Positions 25,658 through 36,586 of a stretch of DNA of 64,000 nt are shown here, piece after piece. Each line of letters begins with the position of its first letter. Positions within the stretch are counted from its first letter, which is position 1. Made by a program: the position numbers and the translations under genes. A model generated the notes under the pieces. The model searched no databases. It was not told the DNA's origin and saw nothing but the letters and a program-made list of their open reading frames with translations. Source of the DNA: a virus; IMG/VR virus record IMGVR_UViG_3300031159_000070, positions 1-64,000 of that record; one strand, 5' to 3'.

Positions 25658-26266
25658 TTGAGCGCAGACGATACCGTTCTCGAGCTCCGCGCCGGGCCAA
25701 AGCGCAAGCGGCGCGTGATCCGTCTTCCCTCGGAAGCTTGGATGATCGCCCACGACGTAACGCTTGAGCGCGTCGAGGAGCGGCTGCATCGTGCGTTCCG
25801 GACCATGGACGCGATGGTCGATTCGGACGCGCGCTTCCGGCGTGGCTTCAAGACGGCATGGCCGGATTATCCGCCGGAATATTGGGAATCATGGAGCCAG
25901 TACGGCTCAGAGGATCTGCAGCAGTCACAGGTCGCTCAGGCCTATAGCTTCAAGCCAACGGCGCATGATGTTTCCGATGCGCTGGGCGAGTTCAAGACGA
26001 GGCCGTTCGACTGGCTGAAGGTGCTCGAGCGGGACGAGGTGAGATTGATCCGTCTGCGAGCGATGGGCTTTGGCGCGAGCTTTCTTGCGGCGCGCTGGGG
26101 CATGAGCAAGCAGCTGGTTTCGAAGCGATATCGCGATGCATTGGTGAGGGCGTGGAATGCGGCAATCGAACAAGCCAAAGCGGCCAACGAGACAGATGTC
26201 GCGACTCATGAAAGAAGCCGAGGCGGAGCTCGATCTGGTGTCAATCTACGTCATCGGTCCGGATGA
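25658..26266 (+). CDS. Phage transcription regulator-like protein (DUF6362-like)
   Basis: VEERLHRAF..WPDY..WL..L..C-terminal HTH; end of the replication operon. Confidence 0.5.
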   Translation: MSADDTVLELRAGPKRKRRVIRLPSEAWMIAHDVTLERVEERLHRAFRTMDAMVDSDARFRRGFKTAWPDYPPEYWESWSQYGSEDLQQSQVAQAYSFKPTAHDVSDALGEFKTRPFDWLKVLERDEVRLIRLRAMGFGASFLAARWGMSKQLVSKRYRDALVRAWNAAIEQAKAANETDVATHERSRGGARSGVNLRHRSG

Positions 26267-26642
26267 AGGTCCGGTCCGTATCGGCGTTTCCAGAGATCCC
26301 GACGAGCGATTCCGTGTTGCCCGGGTCAATTGTGTTCTGGAATCGAAGCTGCAGTTCCGCGATTCCCTTCAGGGCAGCGAGAAGGCGCATGAGATCGTCG
26401 ACGCCATCATAAAGGGCTGCGAGGCGCGCGGCCTGCACATCAAAGCGGATTGGGTCCAGCTCAGCGCCAAGACCGCGATTGAAACGATCCGGCGCACCGC
26501 GAAGATGTTCGGCGTCAAGCTGCTATCGCCGGATCAGAGCACGATGTTGGTCAAGACCCAAGTCGAGGCTGCGCTCGGCAAGGTCGTGCCGATGAACCTA
26601 TTCAAGGATCTGCGGAACCGTACAGGACAGCGCGGCTGCTGA
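26208..26642 (+). CDS. GIY-YIG (T5orf172-like) domain protein
   Basis: IYVIG..PVRIGVSRDPDER. Confidence 0.6.
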   Translation: MKEAEAELDLVSIYVIGPDEGPVRIGVSRDPDERFRVARVNCVLESKLQFRDSLQGSEKAHEIVDAIIKGCEARGLHIKADWVQLSAKTAIETIRRTAKMFGVKLLSPDQSTMLVKTQVEAALGKVVPMNLFKDLRNRTGQRGC

Positions 26643-26644
26643 GC

Positions 26645-26896
26645 ATGGACCAGGGTGATCGGATTCCGTGCGTCGTTCCGTTCTGCCGGCGGACAATTGC
26701 GCGATCTCGTCTACCAGATTGCTACGAGTGGATCTGCGGCAAGCATTGGACGGCCGTCCCGCGCCATCTCAGACGCCGCAAGAGCCAGGCCGAACGCATC
26801 GCCAAGCGGAGCAACCGGCCGTCGGCGTGGCGTCTTGCTGGTCTGATCTGGGAGCACTGCAAGCGCGAGGCGATAGAGCGCGCTATGGGGATTTAG
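26645..26896 (+). CDS. Small Cys/His protein
   Basis: CVVPFC..WICGKHW. Confidence 0.55.
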   Translation: MDQGDRIPCVVPFCRRTIARSRLPDCYEWICGKHWTAVPRHLRRRKSQAERIAKRSNRPSAWRLAGLIWEHCKREAIERAMGI

Positions 26897-27291
26897 CACG
26901 CACGAGCGCAGCCAGTCGCTCGATCTCTTTGATGGCATCGCTTATGTGGTCGACGAACACTTCGTCTTCACCGAAGGTCTCGCGTGACTCGCGCAAGTAT
27001 CTGAGCACGCGTTGTGTTTGGGCTAGAGGGTGATCGGATCTTGAGCATAGCGGCTCTCTTACGGCAAGGCCGATGACTTCGCCCTTTCTAATAGGGCCAC
27101 CTAGCAGATGTCTTTCGACGCCGATGACCTCAAATTCCTCGCCATCGATCTTGACGATGGTGCCGATTGGAAAGGGGTTTTGCCGGTCACGCACTCTATC
27201 GCACGGAACAGCTGCCGCCCATCCGACTCCCCTGAGGCGATACCAGCCTTGGCTTGTGAAGAATGGCATTTCCGACATGTAGTTCTCCCGT

Positions 27292-27792
27292 TCAAGACAG
27301 CCAATCCATTTGGTCCGGTTGCTTCGGATCTGGCTTTTTCGCGACAGGCCTCATCCATTTCGCCGGCGGCGGAACGATAGATCGATCGGCTGGCTCCCAC
27401 TCGAAATAGCCGAGCTTGCCGATGGCCGGGATGAACTTGCAAGGCTTCGGGTCCTTCAGCACGAGCCCGTAGAGACCGAAGAACCAGGGGCTCGTGTGCT
27501 TCTTCACCACGTCGACCACTTCGACGCTGCCGATGATTCCGCCTCTCAAGAGATCGGCCGGCTCAGGGCAATCGATACCGATCTTGCGTTGCATGAAGTC
27601 GCGCGCGGCAGCGTACTCATGCTTCGTCATTCCCTTCGCGGCGTGAATCGCGATGCGACCGCGCCGGGTCTTCAGGCCATGGCGCACGGCGGCAGCGGAC
27701 CTGTTCTCGACGTCCTTGCCGCCGTGAATGATCGCCCAGGCCCACGGCTGGCGCACAGATAGCGCGATGCGAGGCAAGCCATTGTCATTCAT
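27292..27792 (-). CDS. ASCH-domain protein
   Basis: ALSVRQPWAWAIIHGGKDVENR..IAIHA..GGIIG. Confidence 0.85.
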   Translation of the reverse strand: MNDNGLPRIALSVRQPWAWAIIHGGKDVENRSAAAVRHGLKTRRGRIAIHAAKGMTKHEYAAARDFMQRKIGIDCPEPADLLRGGIIGSVEVVDVVKKHTSPWFFGLYGLVLKDPKPCKFIPAIGKLGYFEWEPADRSIVPPPAKWMRPVAKKPDPKQPDQMDWLS

Positions 27793-28084
27793 CGCTGGCT
27801 TCCTCGATTGGCGCGCGGCCACTTTCTATGGCCGACAGTTCGGCTGGAGAGATTCCCGCCTCCTCGGCTGCCTCTAGCAGCGTCAACCCTCTTGCAATGC
27901 GCTCTGCTCGTAGAGAGGCACCATGTCGGATGGCAGCCATGCGACCGTCGGAAATCCGCCCTTCCCCTTTGCAGGTCTCGCAGGTGATAGTTTCGAGGCT
28001 GTGTTTGCGGATATCCGGACCGCGATTGATGAAGGCCTGAAGCGAACCCTCGCCGCGGCAGGTCGGACATTCATGCATGGTCAT
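27785..28084 (-). CDS. CxxCxGxG zinc finger plus HTH protein
   Basis: CPTCRGEG, CETCKGEG, then LTLLEAAEEAGISPAELSAIESG. Confidence 0.7.
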   Translation of the reverse strand: MTMHECPTCRGEGSLQAFINRGPDIRKHSLETITCETCKGEGRISDGRMAAIRHGASLRAERIARGLTLLEAAEEAGISPAELSAIESGRAPIEEASDE

Positions 28085-29527
28085 TGCCCGTCATCTTGCG
28101 ATAGTTCTTCTCGAACTCCTGATAGCACTCCTCGGTGCGCTCGAATCCAGGGCAGAGCGATGAAAGATCAGCTGAGCACTTTTCAGCCATGTCGACGCTA
28201 TTGGCGCCGCATTGAGGGCAGCGCCAGTCGAACATGCGGCCGGCTGTGTACCAGGCCCGGGCGAATGCGCGTCTCTCGAACTGCTTTTTCTTCGAGCTCA
28301 TTTGGTGATCTCTGCCGATTGCCTCAGCTCATCGAGCAAAGGCTTGAGATGCTGCAAAGCGTTCTCAACGATCGTTGATGCTTTGCGGTGAGCCTGCTGC
28401 CAGTCCTTGAATGGGCCCAACCTGGCGCAGTGTTCCTGATTGACGAAGACGTTGACAGAGACACAGTCTTCGGGGCCGGCAACTTCGGCGTTGATGGTGA
28501 TCGTTGGCATTAGCGTGACCTTGGTTCGTGACGCCAGACTTCCCTGGGTTCAACGTCCGTATCTGCGTCAAGCTGAACTCGGTAGATGACGTAGTTGCGC
28601 TTGACCATATCCTCTTCTTCGATCAGCCTCTGCGCAAATGCGATTGCTTTCTCCAGTGTTGAAGCGACGCCTTTCGTCCACTGGCCTTCAAATCTTTCCT
28701 CAGCGTTGATAATGAAGACGTGCGGTGATGAATCTGAGGTCGTCGTCATTCGAGCCTTCCTTCGAGTCTCACGCGTTGCGGTTCCGGATTGTTCTGCGTG
28801 TTGCAGGACTCAAGAATGTCTGCAAGTCCGGCGAGGGAAGCGTGCATGATGTGGGCCTGAAGGTCGTGTAGCTTCGCTTCGGCGGATCCTCTGGGCAAAA
28901 GCCGAAGAGCCTCGCGAAGCTGCATAGCGAGATGGAAGGCATCGTCGCCGCGGATGAACACACCCGGCCAGTCGTTACCTTCCTGAACGACACCTGTTTC
29001 AAGGCGCATGGGACCTCCACCTTGCTCTACAGTTCGCCGATGTAGAGCAGATCAGCAGACCAAAAGCCAATGCTGGCGATCAGGATCGTCATTGCAAGGA
29101 CCTGGATTTGGCGTGCCGTCGCGGAATGGATTCTCGCTCACCTTCCATCCATGGTCGAGGCCGGTCGGATGCTTAGCATTGACCCGCGCTTCAACGACCT
29201 CGCGCTGCATCGACTTCGGCGCACATACCGACAAGTGCACAAAGCCCTTTGCGTAGATCTCGACGTCCTCGTTTGCGTTCATCTCTTCGACCTCGCGTAG
29301 AACTCAGGCCGGCGCTTCTTGTCGAGACGAAGTGCGTGAACGTCAAAGCTCTTCGTCGCGCACTTCAGTGAGTGCAGCGCGATCTCAAGTGCAGGACCTT
29401 CTGCCGTCGCAACATCGCGCATCGCGTTCTCCATTCGGTCCGCGGCTGTGTGCATCTGCTCGGTCCAGTCGGCTGATCTCTGCAGGCGGAACATCGTCGT
29501 CTCGCGGTGAATCAATCCGAACGTCTC

Positions 29528-29695
29528 TTATTGTGGGTTGCTCGTGCTGGCTCGCTTCTTCTCAGGCTCCTTCATCACCTCGCGCCACGTTTTGATTCGC
29601 GGCTGCTCTGGCCGCGTCACTCCGCAATTGCGGCACTTCTTGCGCAGGATGAAGTTCGACCACCCACACCAGCACTCCCACTGGTCACCCCACAT
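29528..29695 (-). CDS. 55-aa RanBP2-type zinc-finger-like microprotein (absent from the ORF track)
   Basis: MWGDQWECWCGWSNFILRKKCRNCGVTRP; GAAGGAAGG RBS. Confidence 0.65.
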   Translation of the reverse strand: MWGDQWECWCGWSNFILRKKCRNCGVTRPEQPRIKTWREVMKEPEKKRASTSNPQ

Positions 29696-30419
29696 CGTCG
29701 CCTTCCTTCAGTTCGCCGCGCCGCCTGGAATCACCTCGATCTCCTCGCGCGTCGTCAGCTTGATGATTTTGATCTGCCGCTTCGTCACCTGAGCGATCCT
29801 GCGTGCTGTCGCGATGATCTGCTCCAGTCGTGCCTCATCAGCTGCAACAAGCGGCATCCACATGCCATTGATCTCGGCTGCGCACACGCCTTCGTTGCCG
29901 TTCTCGTCGACGCTGATCGCCATCCACACGGCATCGATGCGGAGGGTGTTCTCAGGCTCAAGCAGCACGGTGCTCATCGTGTTTTCCCAAAGTCTTTGCG
30001 CTCATCGAGGATAGGCTCTTTCGTGGCGTCCATCATCTTCTCGAGCGTGGCTCGAAGGGACTCGACGATCTCATCCTCGGTCTCACCGTCCTCGACTGTT
30101 TCGGCCGGCGTGAGCAGCTTGTCGGCGAACGCGATCGGCTTACCGTTCTGGTAGTGCACCTCGGTGATCTCGAGCCAGACTTGACCGTGACGGTTATAGC
30201 GCCGGACGATCCGGAAGTTCCAATGGCGATCAGGACCGGTCATCGCGAGATTCTTCTTTCACCGCCTGCCCATTCATCGCCGGCGTCATTTCCTCGGATG
30301 AGTCGAGTGCTGCGCGCAGATACAGGCCTGCCTCAAGGACAGCTGCGGTAGCTCCGCCAAGCGGTACGTCGGCGATGTCGTTGAGCCGACCAGACGCTTT
30401 TCTGATCCCCTCGCGCATG

Positions 30420-31293
30420 CGGCGGTTCTCTGCCTCTAGCTCGGAGATGCGCTGCGCTAAATCTCGCTCGCGCTGCATCACGTCCCTTCCTGCTCGCCAT
30501 ATCGCATGCGCCACTGTCGCGTGCACTCCTTGATCCAGACCTCGTGCAGGTCGATAAGTGTGCCGCGTGCATCGCCCGGTGGTGCTATCTTCAAGCCCCA
30601 CAATAGGAACTGCAGCGCTACCCGCCAGCGCACCTCGGTCCACCACGTGTCGCCCATCGTGCGCTGCATCACTTCTTCCCCTTGCGCTCGCGGCGGTCGG
30701 CCAGGTCAAGTATTTGCTTGATGGCAGCCTTGGCCTCATCCGGGGTGTGCGTCTCCGGAGATATGAGATCGAGCGGGCAATGCCGCCCCGAGTGGTAGGG
30801 CTCGTTGTCACGAAGCTGAGGGCATTTCCGCCAGTCGCACTCGCCATCAGAGTCGGCTTGACATGCTGAGCTGCTACGCCAGTTCGGCATCACTTCTATC
30901 TCCTGCCTCACCCGCTCCTCCCCGATGCCAAGCGCCCAAGCGGCAGACTCAGTGACGACCCATCCCCCGTCCACTTCCCTGCACCATCCGTTGCGCCACA
31001 ACTTCCCAACGTCAACATCGGCCGGCGGTGGCGGCAGATGGCCGTCCTCGTCTCGGCTGCGGAGCCAGGCCATGTCGGGGGTGATGTTCATGGCTTCTCC
31101 TCCTGGCTCAGGGCGGCGCGGGCGCGAACAGCATCTTCATAACGCAATCCGACTGCCCTAGCTGACGCCTCGTAATTCTTGGCCACGCCAGGCGCTTTGG
31201 CCCGAACCAGATCGATCTTGTCGGCCATCTTAGCCAAGGGATACAGCGCCTCCCGGAGCCGGCGGTTCTCTGCCTCTAGCTCGGCGATGCGCT
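30420..31293. repeat. 34-bp direct repeat pair (1 mismatch) encoding RI(S/A)ELEAENRR in two different genes
   Basis: 30420-30453 and 31260-31293. Confidence 0.85.
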
Positions 31294-32185
31294 CATACGG
31301 CTCCCTGATCTTGGCGATGTCTTTCTGTGCCGATTCAGCGTAGAGCTGCGAGAACTCCTTGTTCGAGATCATTCGTTGCTCCTCAATCCCCCGAATCCAG
31401 CTCGTCAGCACATTCCTGCAGATCGGTGCCGTGAAAGTGCTCGCAGGCGGCAACGGCGATCTGCCAGCACAGCTGCTCTTGTGGATGTGTGGCCTTGTCG
31501 AACCGATAGTCTTCTGGGACTATGTACCCCATCAGCTTGTAGCATTCGCGAGCGAACTCGTTTCCCCAGCGCACCAATTCGCGAGCTTCACAGCTGCTCT
31601 CTGCTTCGCGTTTCTGCGCGCTTGCCTCGACAGCCTCTTCGATAAGCTGAACGTGCATCCGGCAGAGCTTACCGACGTATCCGGTGCCGACCTTCTCGAG
31701 TTGGCAACTGCATTTCTCAGTCATTTCAGATCTAGCTCCTGGCTCTTGCCCACAGCGGATTGATGCGATCTCCGCCGGCCCCCTTTTCCTTGATCCACGG
31801 TCCAGGCGGATCACCCTTGCCATTCCAGAGCTGTAGAGCAGCAAAGCAGTCGGGCGCAGTCTCGTAGCAAAAGCGCGTCTTGTATCCCACGCGATCAATC
31901 CCGACGAACAGACCGGTGGTATACAGAAGCCGCCCCATAGCGATCCAGCGGCCGTCGGGCAACTGCCGCGGATGCTCGTAGCCGAGCGCGATAATCTTTT
32001 CTGCGGTCAGCTCTTTTTCCATCTCCGGATTTCCGCGTTTAGATATCCTGCAGCGAATGAGGCGGGAGCTGTCGTGGCCCACCCAAAAGCCAGCCGTATC
32101 TCTATGACGCCAAGTTCCACAAGGGCGTAGCTGAGGATAACGACAGTTGCGGTGAACGCGAGCGTGGCGACAAGCAGATGGCCGA

Positions 32186-33160
32186 TCATGTCAGGCTTCC
32201 CTCTGGCGTCAGCATGTGCCTGTACTGGCGAAACCCGATGAAGTTGCCGTGCTGGTGCCGCTGCTTCCAGCCTATGCGATAGCCGCCGTGATAGATCACA
32301 TCATCAGCCATGGCGACGTGCTCGGCTGGCGAGGCGTGAATCGGCTTTGCGCTCACGAGCTTGTCGTGCAGCTGAATGGCGCGCTCTAGCGTCATGTCGA
32401 AGCCATCGACCGTCTTGTACGATGTCGAGGCGCAGCGGGCGACGGAGAGCTTGATGAGATCGGTCAGCCCGTACCAACGCCACGCCGGCACGTTGCTAGA
32501 GGCGCGGCGCATCTCCTCGCCGTCATCCCAGCGGTCCCTCACGACGGCCTGCTTATCTTCCTCCGTCACGAACGGCAGATGCCAGTCGCCCGGCTGCAGC
32601 GTCTGGATCGTGCTTTCGTCTTCCAGGCACTTGCGGATCTCTCGCGCCAGCATCTGAATGTGCGGCTCGGCGTCGGGATGATCTCGCAGCTCGAGAAAGT
32701 TGTCCCACTCGGTCGCGCTGACCAGCACGGTGATGTGGGCGAAGGGCTCAAGCATGCGGTTGACCAGCTGCTTGTGATAGCCGGCTTCAGCGAATGATCT
32801 GGCCAACTCAACCGCGCGATCTCGCGCGAGGAGCCAGGCATTCTCACGCGGCTCCTTCCATCCTGTTACGCGCTTGCGATCGTCGTAGATAATGACCGGA
32901 GCGTTGCACTCCTCGCTCGCCTGCATTCCCTTCTGGTTCTTGCCCCAGAAGAGCGGCACGGCTGGATTGTCGATCACGTCCTGGATCAGCTTCTCGACGG
33001 GGATCGCGCGCGAGCTGGCCGCGTTTCTGCTGAAGACGCGGTGCGTCATGAACTCTGCGTGGATCCACCGCGGATAGCGCAGCAGCAGCGTCGACAGCAC
33101 CTTGCTTGGTTGCACAGCGTTGCGAGATCGCAGGATCGTTTTTGCCGAGATCGTGGTCAT
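32186..33160 (-). CDS. thyX: ThyX/Thy1-like flavin-dependent thymidylate synthase
   Basis: YPRWIHAEFMTHRVFSRNAASSRAIP, HKQLVNR.LEP, NFLELR.H..A. Confidence 0.8.
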   Translation of the reverse strand: MTTISAKTILRSRNAVQPSKVLSTLLLRYPRWIHAEFMTHRVFSRNAASSRAIPVEKLIQDVIDNPAVPLFWGKNQKGMQASEECNAPVIIYDDRKRVTGWKEPRENAWLLARDRAVELARSFAEAGYHKQLVNRMLEPFAHITVLVSATEWDNFLELRDHPDAEPHIQMLAREIRKCLEDESTIQTLQPGDWHLPFVTEEDKQAVVRDRWDDGEEMRRASSNVPAWRWYGLTDLIKLSVARCASTSYKTVDGFDMTLERAIQLHDKLVSAKPIHASPAEHVAMADDVIYHGGYRIGWKQRHQHGNFIGFRQYRHMLTPEGSLT

Positions 33161-33471
33161 TTCGATTGCGCCTCCTCGAGCTTCGCGATCTCGCGGTCGA
33201 GATACCAGCGCGCCTTGCGCAGGTCGGTCAGAAGGTCTCCCTTCTTGCCGGCGCGCGCGATGTACTTGATCGTGTTGCCAAGGCAGAAACTCTTGTCGAG
33301 ACCCCAGGCCTCGAGCACTTTGATCACTTCATACGGATTGTTGGCGCCGCCGTAATGCGCAGGGTGATCAACCAACTCTTGTTCCGGGTGCAACGGTGGC
33401 AGCTTTCCTCTCAGCGCGAGGTCGCTTGTTGGTGATGTCGGCTGCCAGTCGAAATCTGACGTTTCGCTCAT
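33157..33471 (-). CDS. DUF3310 protein (T7 gp1.7-like nucleotide kinase family)
   Basis: VDHPAHY..FCLGNTIKYIARAGKK..DLRKARWYL. Confidence 0.85.
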   Translation of the reverse strand: MSETSDFDWQPTSPTSDLALRGKLPPLHPEQELVDHPAHYGGANNPYEVIKVLEAWGLDKSFCLGNTIKYIARAGKKGDLLTDLRKARWYLDREIAKLEEAQSK

Positions 33472-33808
33472 CTTCCAATCCTCAATCTTCGTCGTCCTCA
33501 CGCTCACGAAACACCCACCAGCAACGAAACGCTGCGATCAGTAGCAAATAGGGGGTCACCCATGCCGGCAACTGCGCAATTCCGATCAGCGTCGCGATCA
33601 GCGCCGCGACGCATAACCCGGTGATTGCTCCTGCCTCGAAATCCAACATGGCGCTCTAGCCGGCCCAGCCGAGCAGCACCGCAAACAGGACGCCCCACGC
33701 AAATCCTGAGCTGAACCACATGAACTGCGATCGGCCTGAGCCCTTCTTCAGTCGCTCAAGCTCGCTCTGCGGCACATAGATCAGTTCCTCGGGGTGCATG
33801 GCGTGTCC

Positions 33809-34207
33809 CTATTTCTGTCTTGTCTGAGACACGATGCGTAAACCTTTCGGGAGCGTGTCGAGGCGCATGAAGGCCAGCACGCCGGGGGGCAAATAGGTGC
33901 GGCAGAACGCGACGCAGCCGGCCCAGTAGTCGATCGTTTTCGCGACTTCCATGAAGCTCTGGCCGGTGGTCCACACGTCATCCACGATCAGTGTGACCTG
34001 GGCGTCAGGCGTGATATGCGGCTCGAACGCGCGCGCCAGCGGGATGCCACCGCGCGGGACCGGCACGACGGCTTTGAATTTCGGCAGGTTCGGCAGGCAG
34101 GCGCGCGCGATGCAATCCCAGTCATCGTTGGTCAGCGCGTCGCACTCGATCTTGAAATCGAGATCGAGGCCAGCTGCGGATTTGAACCTGCCCCACTGAA
34201 ACAGCAT
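33809..34207 (-). CDS. Type I phosphoribosyltransferase (PyrE-like, short)
   Basis: VPRGG and PRPP loop LIVDDVWTTGQS. Confidence 0.8.
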   Translation of the reverse strand: MLFQWGRFKSAAGLDLDFKIECDALTNDDWDCIARACLPNLPKFKAVVPVPRGGIPLARAFEPHITPDAQVTLIVDDVWTTGQSFMEVAKTIDYWAGCVAFCRTYLPPGVLAFMRLDTLPKGLRIVSQTRQK

Positions 34208-34225
34208 CGCGTGTTCTCCGGCGGT

Positions 34226-34510
34226 TTAGCTGTCGGCCTTCTCCAGAAACGAGAGTCGCGGCAACGAGACGGAAGGCTTCTCTCGCGCAGGCTTTGGCGG
34301 ATCGATGTATTTTCCCGCACCGGTCTTTTGTCGCTGTAGCTGCTCAGCACGAGGGCAGGGGATCTTGCCGGGGTATCCTTCGCGCGTTCGCAGGAATCGC
34401 TCGACCGCGTCGGCCGGAAAGCCAATGTGCTTGGCAATCTCCTTGATCGACCAGCCTCTGTTATGCAGGCGGGTGATGACGGAGCGTTTTCCTCTCGGCA
34501 GAACGGTCAT
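34226..34510 (-). CDS. Small HTH protein
   Basis: LHNRGWSIKEIAKHIG. Confidence 0.55.
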   Translation of the reverse strand: MTVLPRGKRSVITRLHNRGWSIKEIAKHIGFPADAVERFLRTREGYPGKIPCPRAEQLQRQKTGAGKYIDPPKPAREKPSVSLPRLSFLEKADS

Positions 34511-35138
34511 TGCCCCCTCCCGCCAATCAATTCGGCCGTGGCCCAGGTGAGCGATAGAACGGCAACCCATTGGAATGGATTGCTGGCCGCCTCTGGATTG
34601 CTGATGATCCCGGTGGCAAGCGATAGGGCGAAGATGAAGCACATCGCTCCTGCGGCGTTATCGAAGATCATTTTGAGCCGACGGCGTAGCATTTGAAGCC
34701 TCTCAAACAGCTCCGACAATCCGTAGCGCGAGCCAGCCGCCAAGGGCGAGAAGAGCGCCGGCGATCAGCCGCCGCAGGGCCCAGCCCAGCGACCACGCAG
34801 CGAGGATCTGCGCCGTCTTGAGCTTGATGGCGCGGTCCTCCGCCTCCCACTTCTCGTAGACGTTCATTTCCGGGCCCGCTCGTCAGTTGATGTTCTCGCC
34901 AAAGACGACGCGTCGGAACTGTCGCTCGGTCGTCGCCTCGTCCTTCATGGCGCAATCGAAGCAGATCCACTCGCCCTTTGGGCCGTAGGGGCGGAGCTCC
35001 CGATCGCCGGCACCGCACAGCTCGCACGTGCCTGTTGGGGTTTCGGTGCGGTCAAGGATGACCACGTTGCCTTGGCGTTTCGCCTTCAGTCGCTCCAGCC
35101 ATTCTTTCGTGGTCATCAGATGTCCCCATTGTCTGCAA

Positions 35139-36323
35139 TCAGATGTGGCAATCGACGATCGAAAACCACTTGTCGTCAGGCGTGTCGTGGATCAACTCGA
35201 GGAAGTGGCGATCCCACTCCTCGCGCGACTTCTCGTCAGTCACGATGCCCCACCAGCCCATCTCGCCGCGCTCGTACCACTTGCCGTCCTTGATCACGGC
35301 GAAGGTCGTGAATGGCAGAGCCGCGTCGATCCATTTCTGAATCGGAATGTCCTCATCGGTCGTGATTGGACCGAAAAAGCCATCGAACACATCGCGGAGT
35401 TTGTAGAGCCTCTCCGGCATGAACTGCTTGAAATGATCGGGTCGGTTCGGGCGAGGGCTTTTCGAGAGCCACAACTCGTGCTCGGCGTTTTTCGCCCGGA
35501 TGTACTCGCGCCGCAGATCATCGAGCTCGGCCTCGCAGAGCTTGATGTTGCGCACATTGGCCTTGGCGATTACCTCTTCCCACTGCGCACGCCGCTCTGC
35601 GACGGCGACGTTTTTCATGGCCTCAATATCAAGATCGCCCTTGCGGCACACGTCGACACCACCGCGTTCGGACGTCGTGCCCAGCAGGCCTGGCTGACCG
35701 CGGATCGTGCCCTCGGCTCGAGCCTTGGGAATCAGCAAACCTTGCCAGCGCCCACCGAGCTTCCACCAGTCCCACTTCGCGTTCTCGTTCGTGCGCCTGA
35801 CGATCTTGGTGACGTTGCCGTCGGCGTCGACCAGCGCGTAGCCGAACATATGGCGTCCGGCAAGATCGGGAGAGGAGCCGTAGGGGACAACCTTGGCGCC
35901 AATCCAGTCACGGACAAACTCGGCGAAGGTCTTGAGCTCCTTTGCTGGAACCTCGATCTCTTCATAGCCTTCCGGCACGAGACGGATTTTCGCGCGGTAT
36001 CCTTGGCCGTCGCGCCAATCTTTCGAGTACCACGAGAGACCGTTGCTGGAACCAGACCCGTGAAACGGGCCGTGCTCATCGATCTCTTGTGGCGTCGGAT
36101 CGCGATAGAATCGGTCCGCGTAGGGATCGTGCAGCGAGCCATCGGGCGCGCGCAGGCGGGTGTAGGTCTCTTTCTCGTATTCGGCTCTCGTTTCCTCGGT
36201 GACATCGACATCCTTCACGTATTGGTCGACGATGCCCGTGCATTCGAACTCGTGATACGGCTGCAGCGCGGCGTCGACATCATTCGGATCATCAGTGATC
36301 ACGAGTACGCTGAAATGGCTCAT
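35139..36323 (-). CDS. Phage hypothetical protein
   Basis: MSHFSVLVI..NENAKWDWWKLGGRW..GKWYERGEMGWWG..VDCHI; 394 aa. Confidence 0.7.
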   Translation of the reverse strand: MSHFSVLVITDDPNDVDAALQPYHEFECTGIVDQYVKDVDVTEETRAEYEKETYTRLRAPDGSLHDPYADRFYRDPTPQEIDEHGPFHGSGSSNGLSWYSKDWRDGQGYRAKIRLVPEGYEEIEVPAKELKTFAEFVRDWIGAKVVPYGSSPDLAGRHMFGYALVDADGNVTKIVRRTNENAKWDWWKLGGRWQGLLIPKARAEGTIRGQPGLLGTTSERGGVDVCRKGDLDIEAMKNVAVAERRAQWEEVIAKANVRNIKLCEAELDDLRREYIRAKNAEHELWLSKSPRPNRPDHFKQFMPERLYKLRDVFDGFFGPITTDEDIPIQKWIDAALPFTTFAVIKDGKWYERGEMGWWGIVTDEKSREEWDRHFLELIHDTPDDKWFSIVDCHI

Positions 36324-36586
36324 CTTCTTCCCCGTTTACGTGGATTTGCTCAGGTTTTCGCATCATGTTTGATGATAGGAGCTGGGTTGCGGGCCATCCA
36401 ATCCGGCCTCCTTCTCCTCACCAGAGCTTTCGAGATCGCCACCACGTCCAGGCGATAAGCGGCGCCACCAGCGCAATGGCCAGGATCCACAACGATCCTT
36501 CGTCGATCTGCATGCTCTCGAGCTGCGCGCGCGCGGCATCGAAGAGCGCAAAGGGGTCCAGTCGTTCGTCTGCCGAGTGCATGCTC

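Noticed and set aside
30420-31293. Repeat pair as a diversity-generating retroelement TR/VR
   Set aside because: Only 34 bp with one mismatch, and no reverse transcriptase is visible in the window
35028-36458. 476-aa plus-strand ORF
   Set aside because: Antisense shadow of the well-formed minus-strand gene 35139-36323; expected in GC-rich DNA
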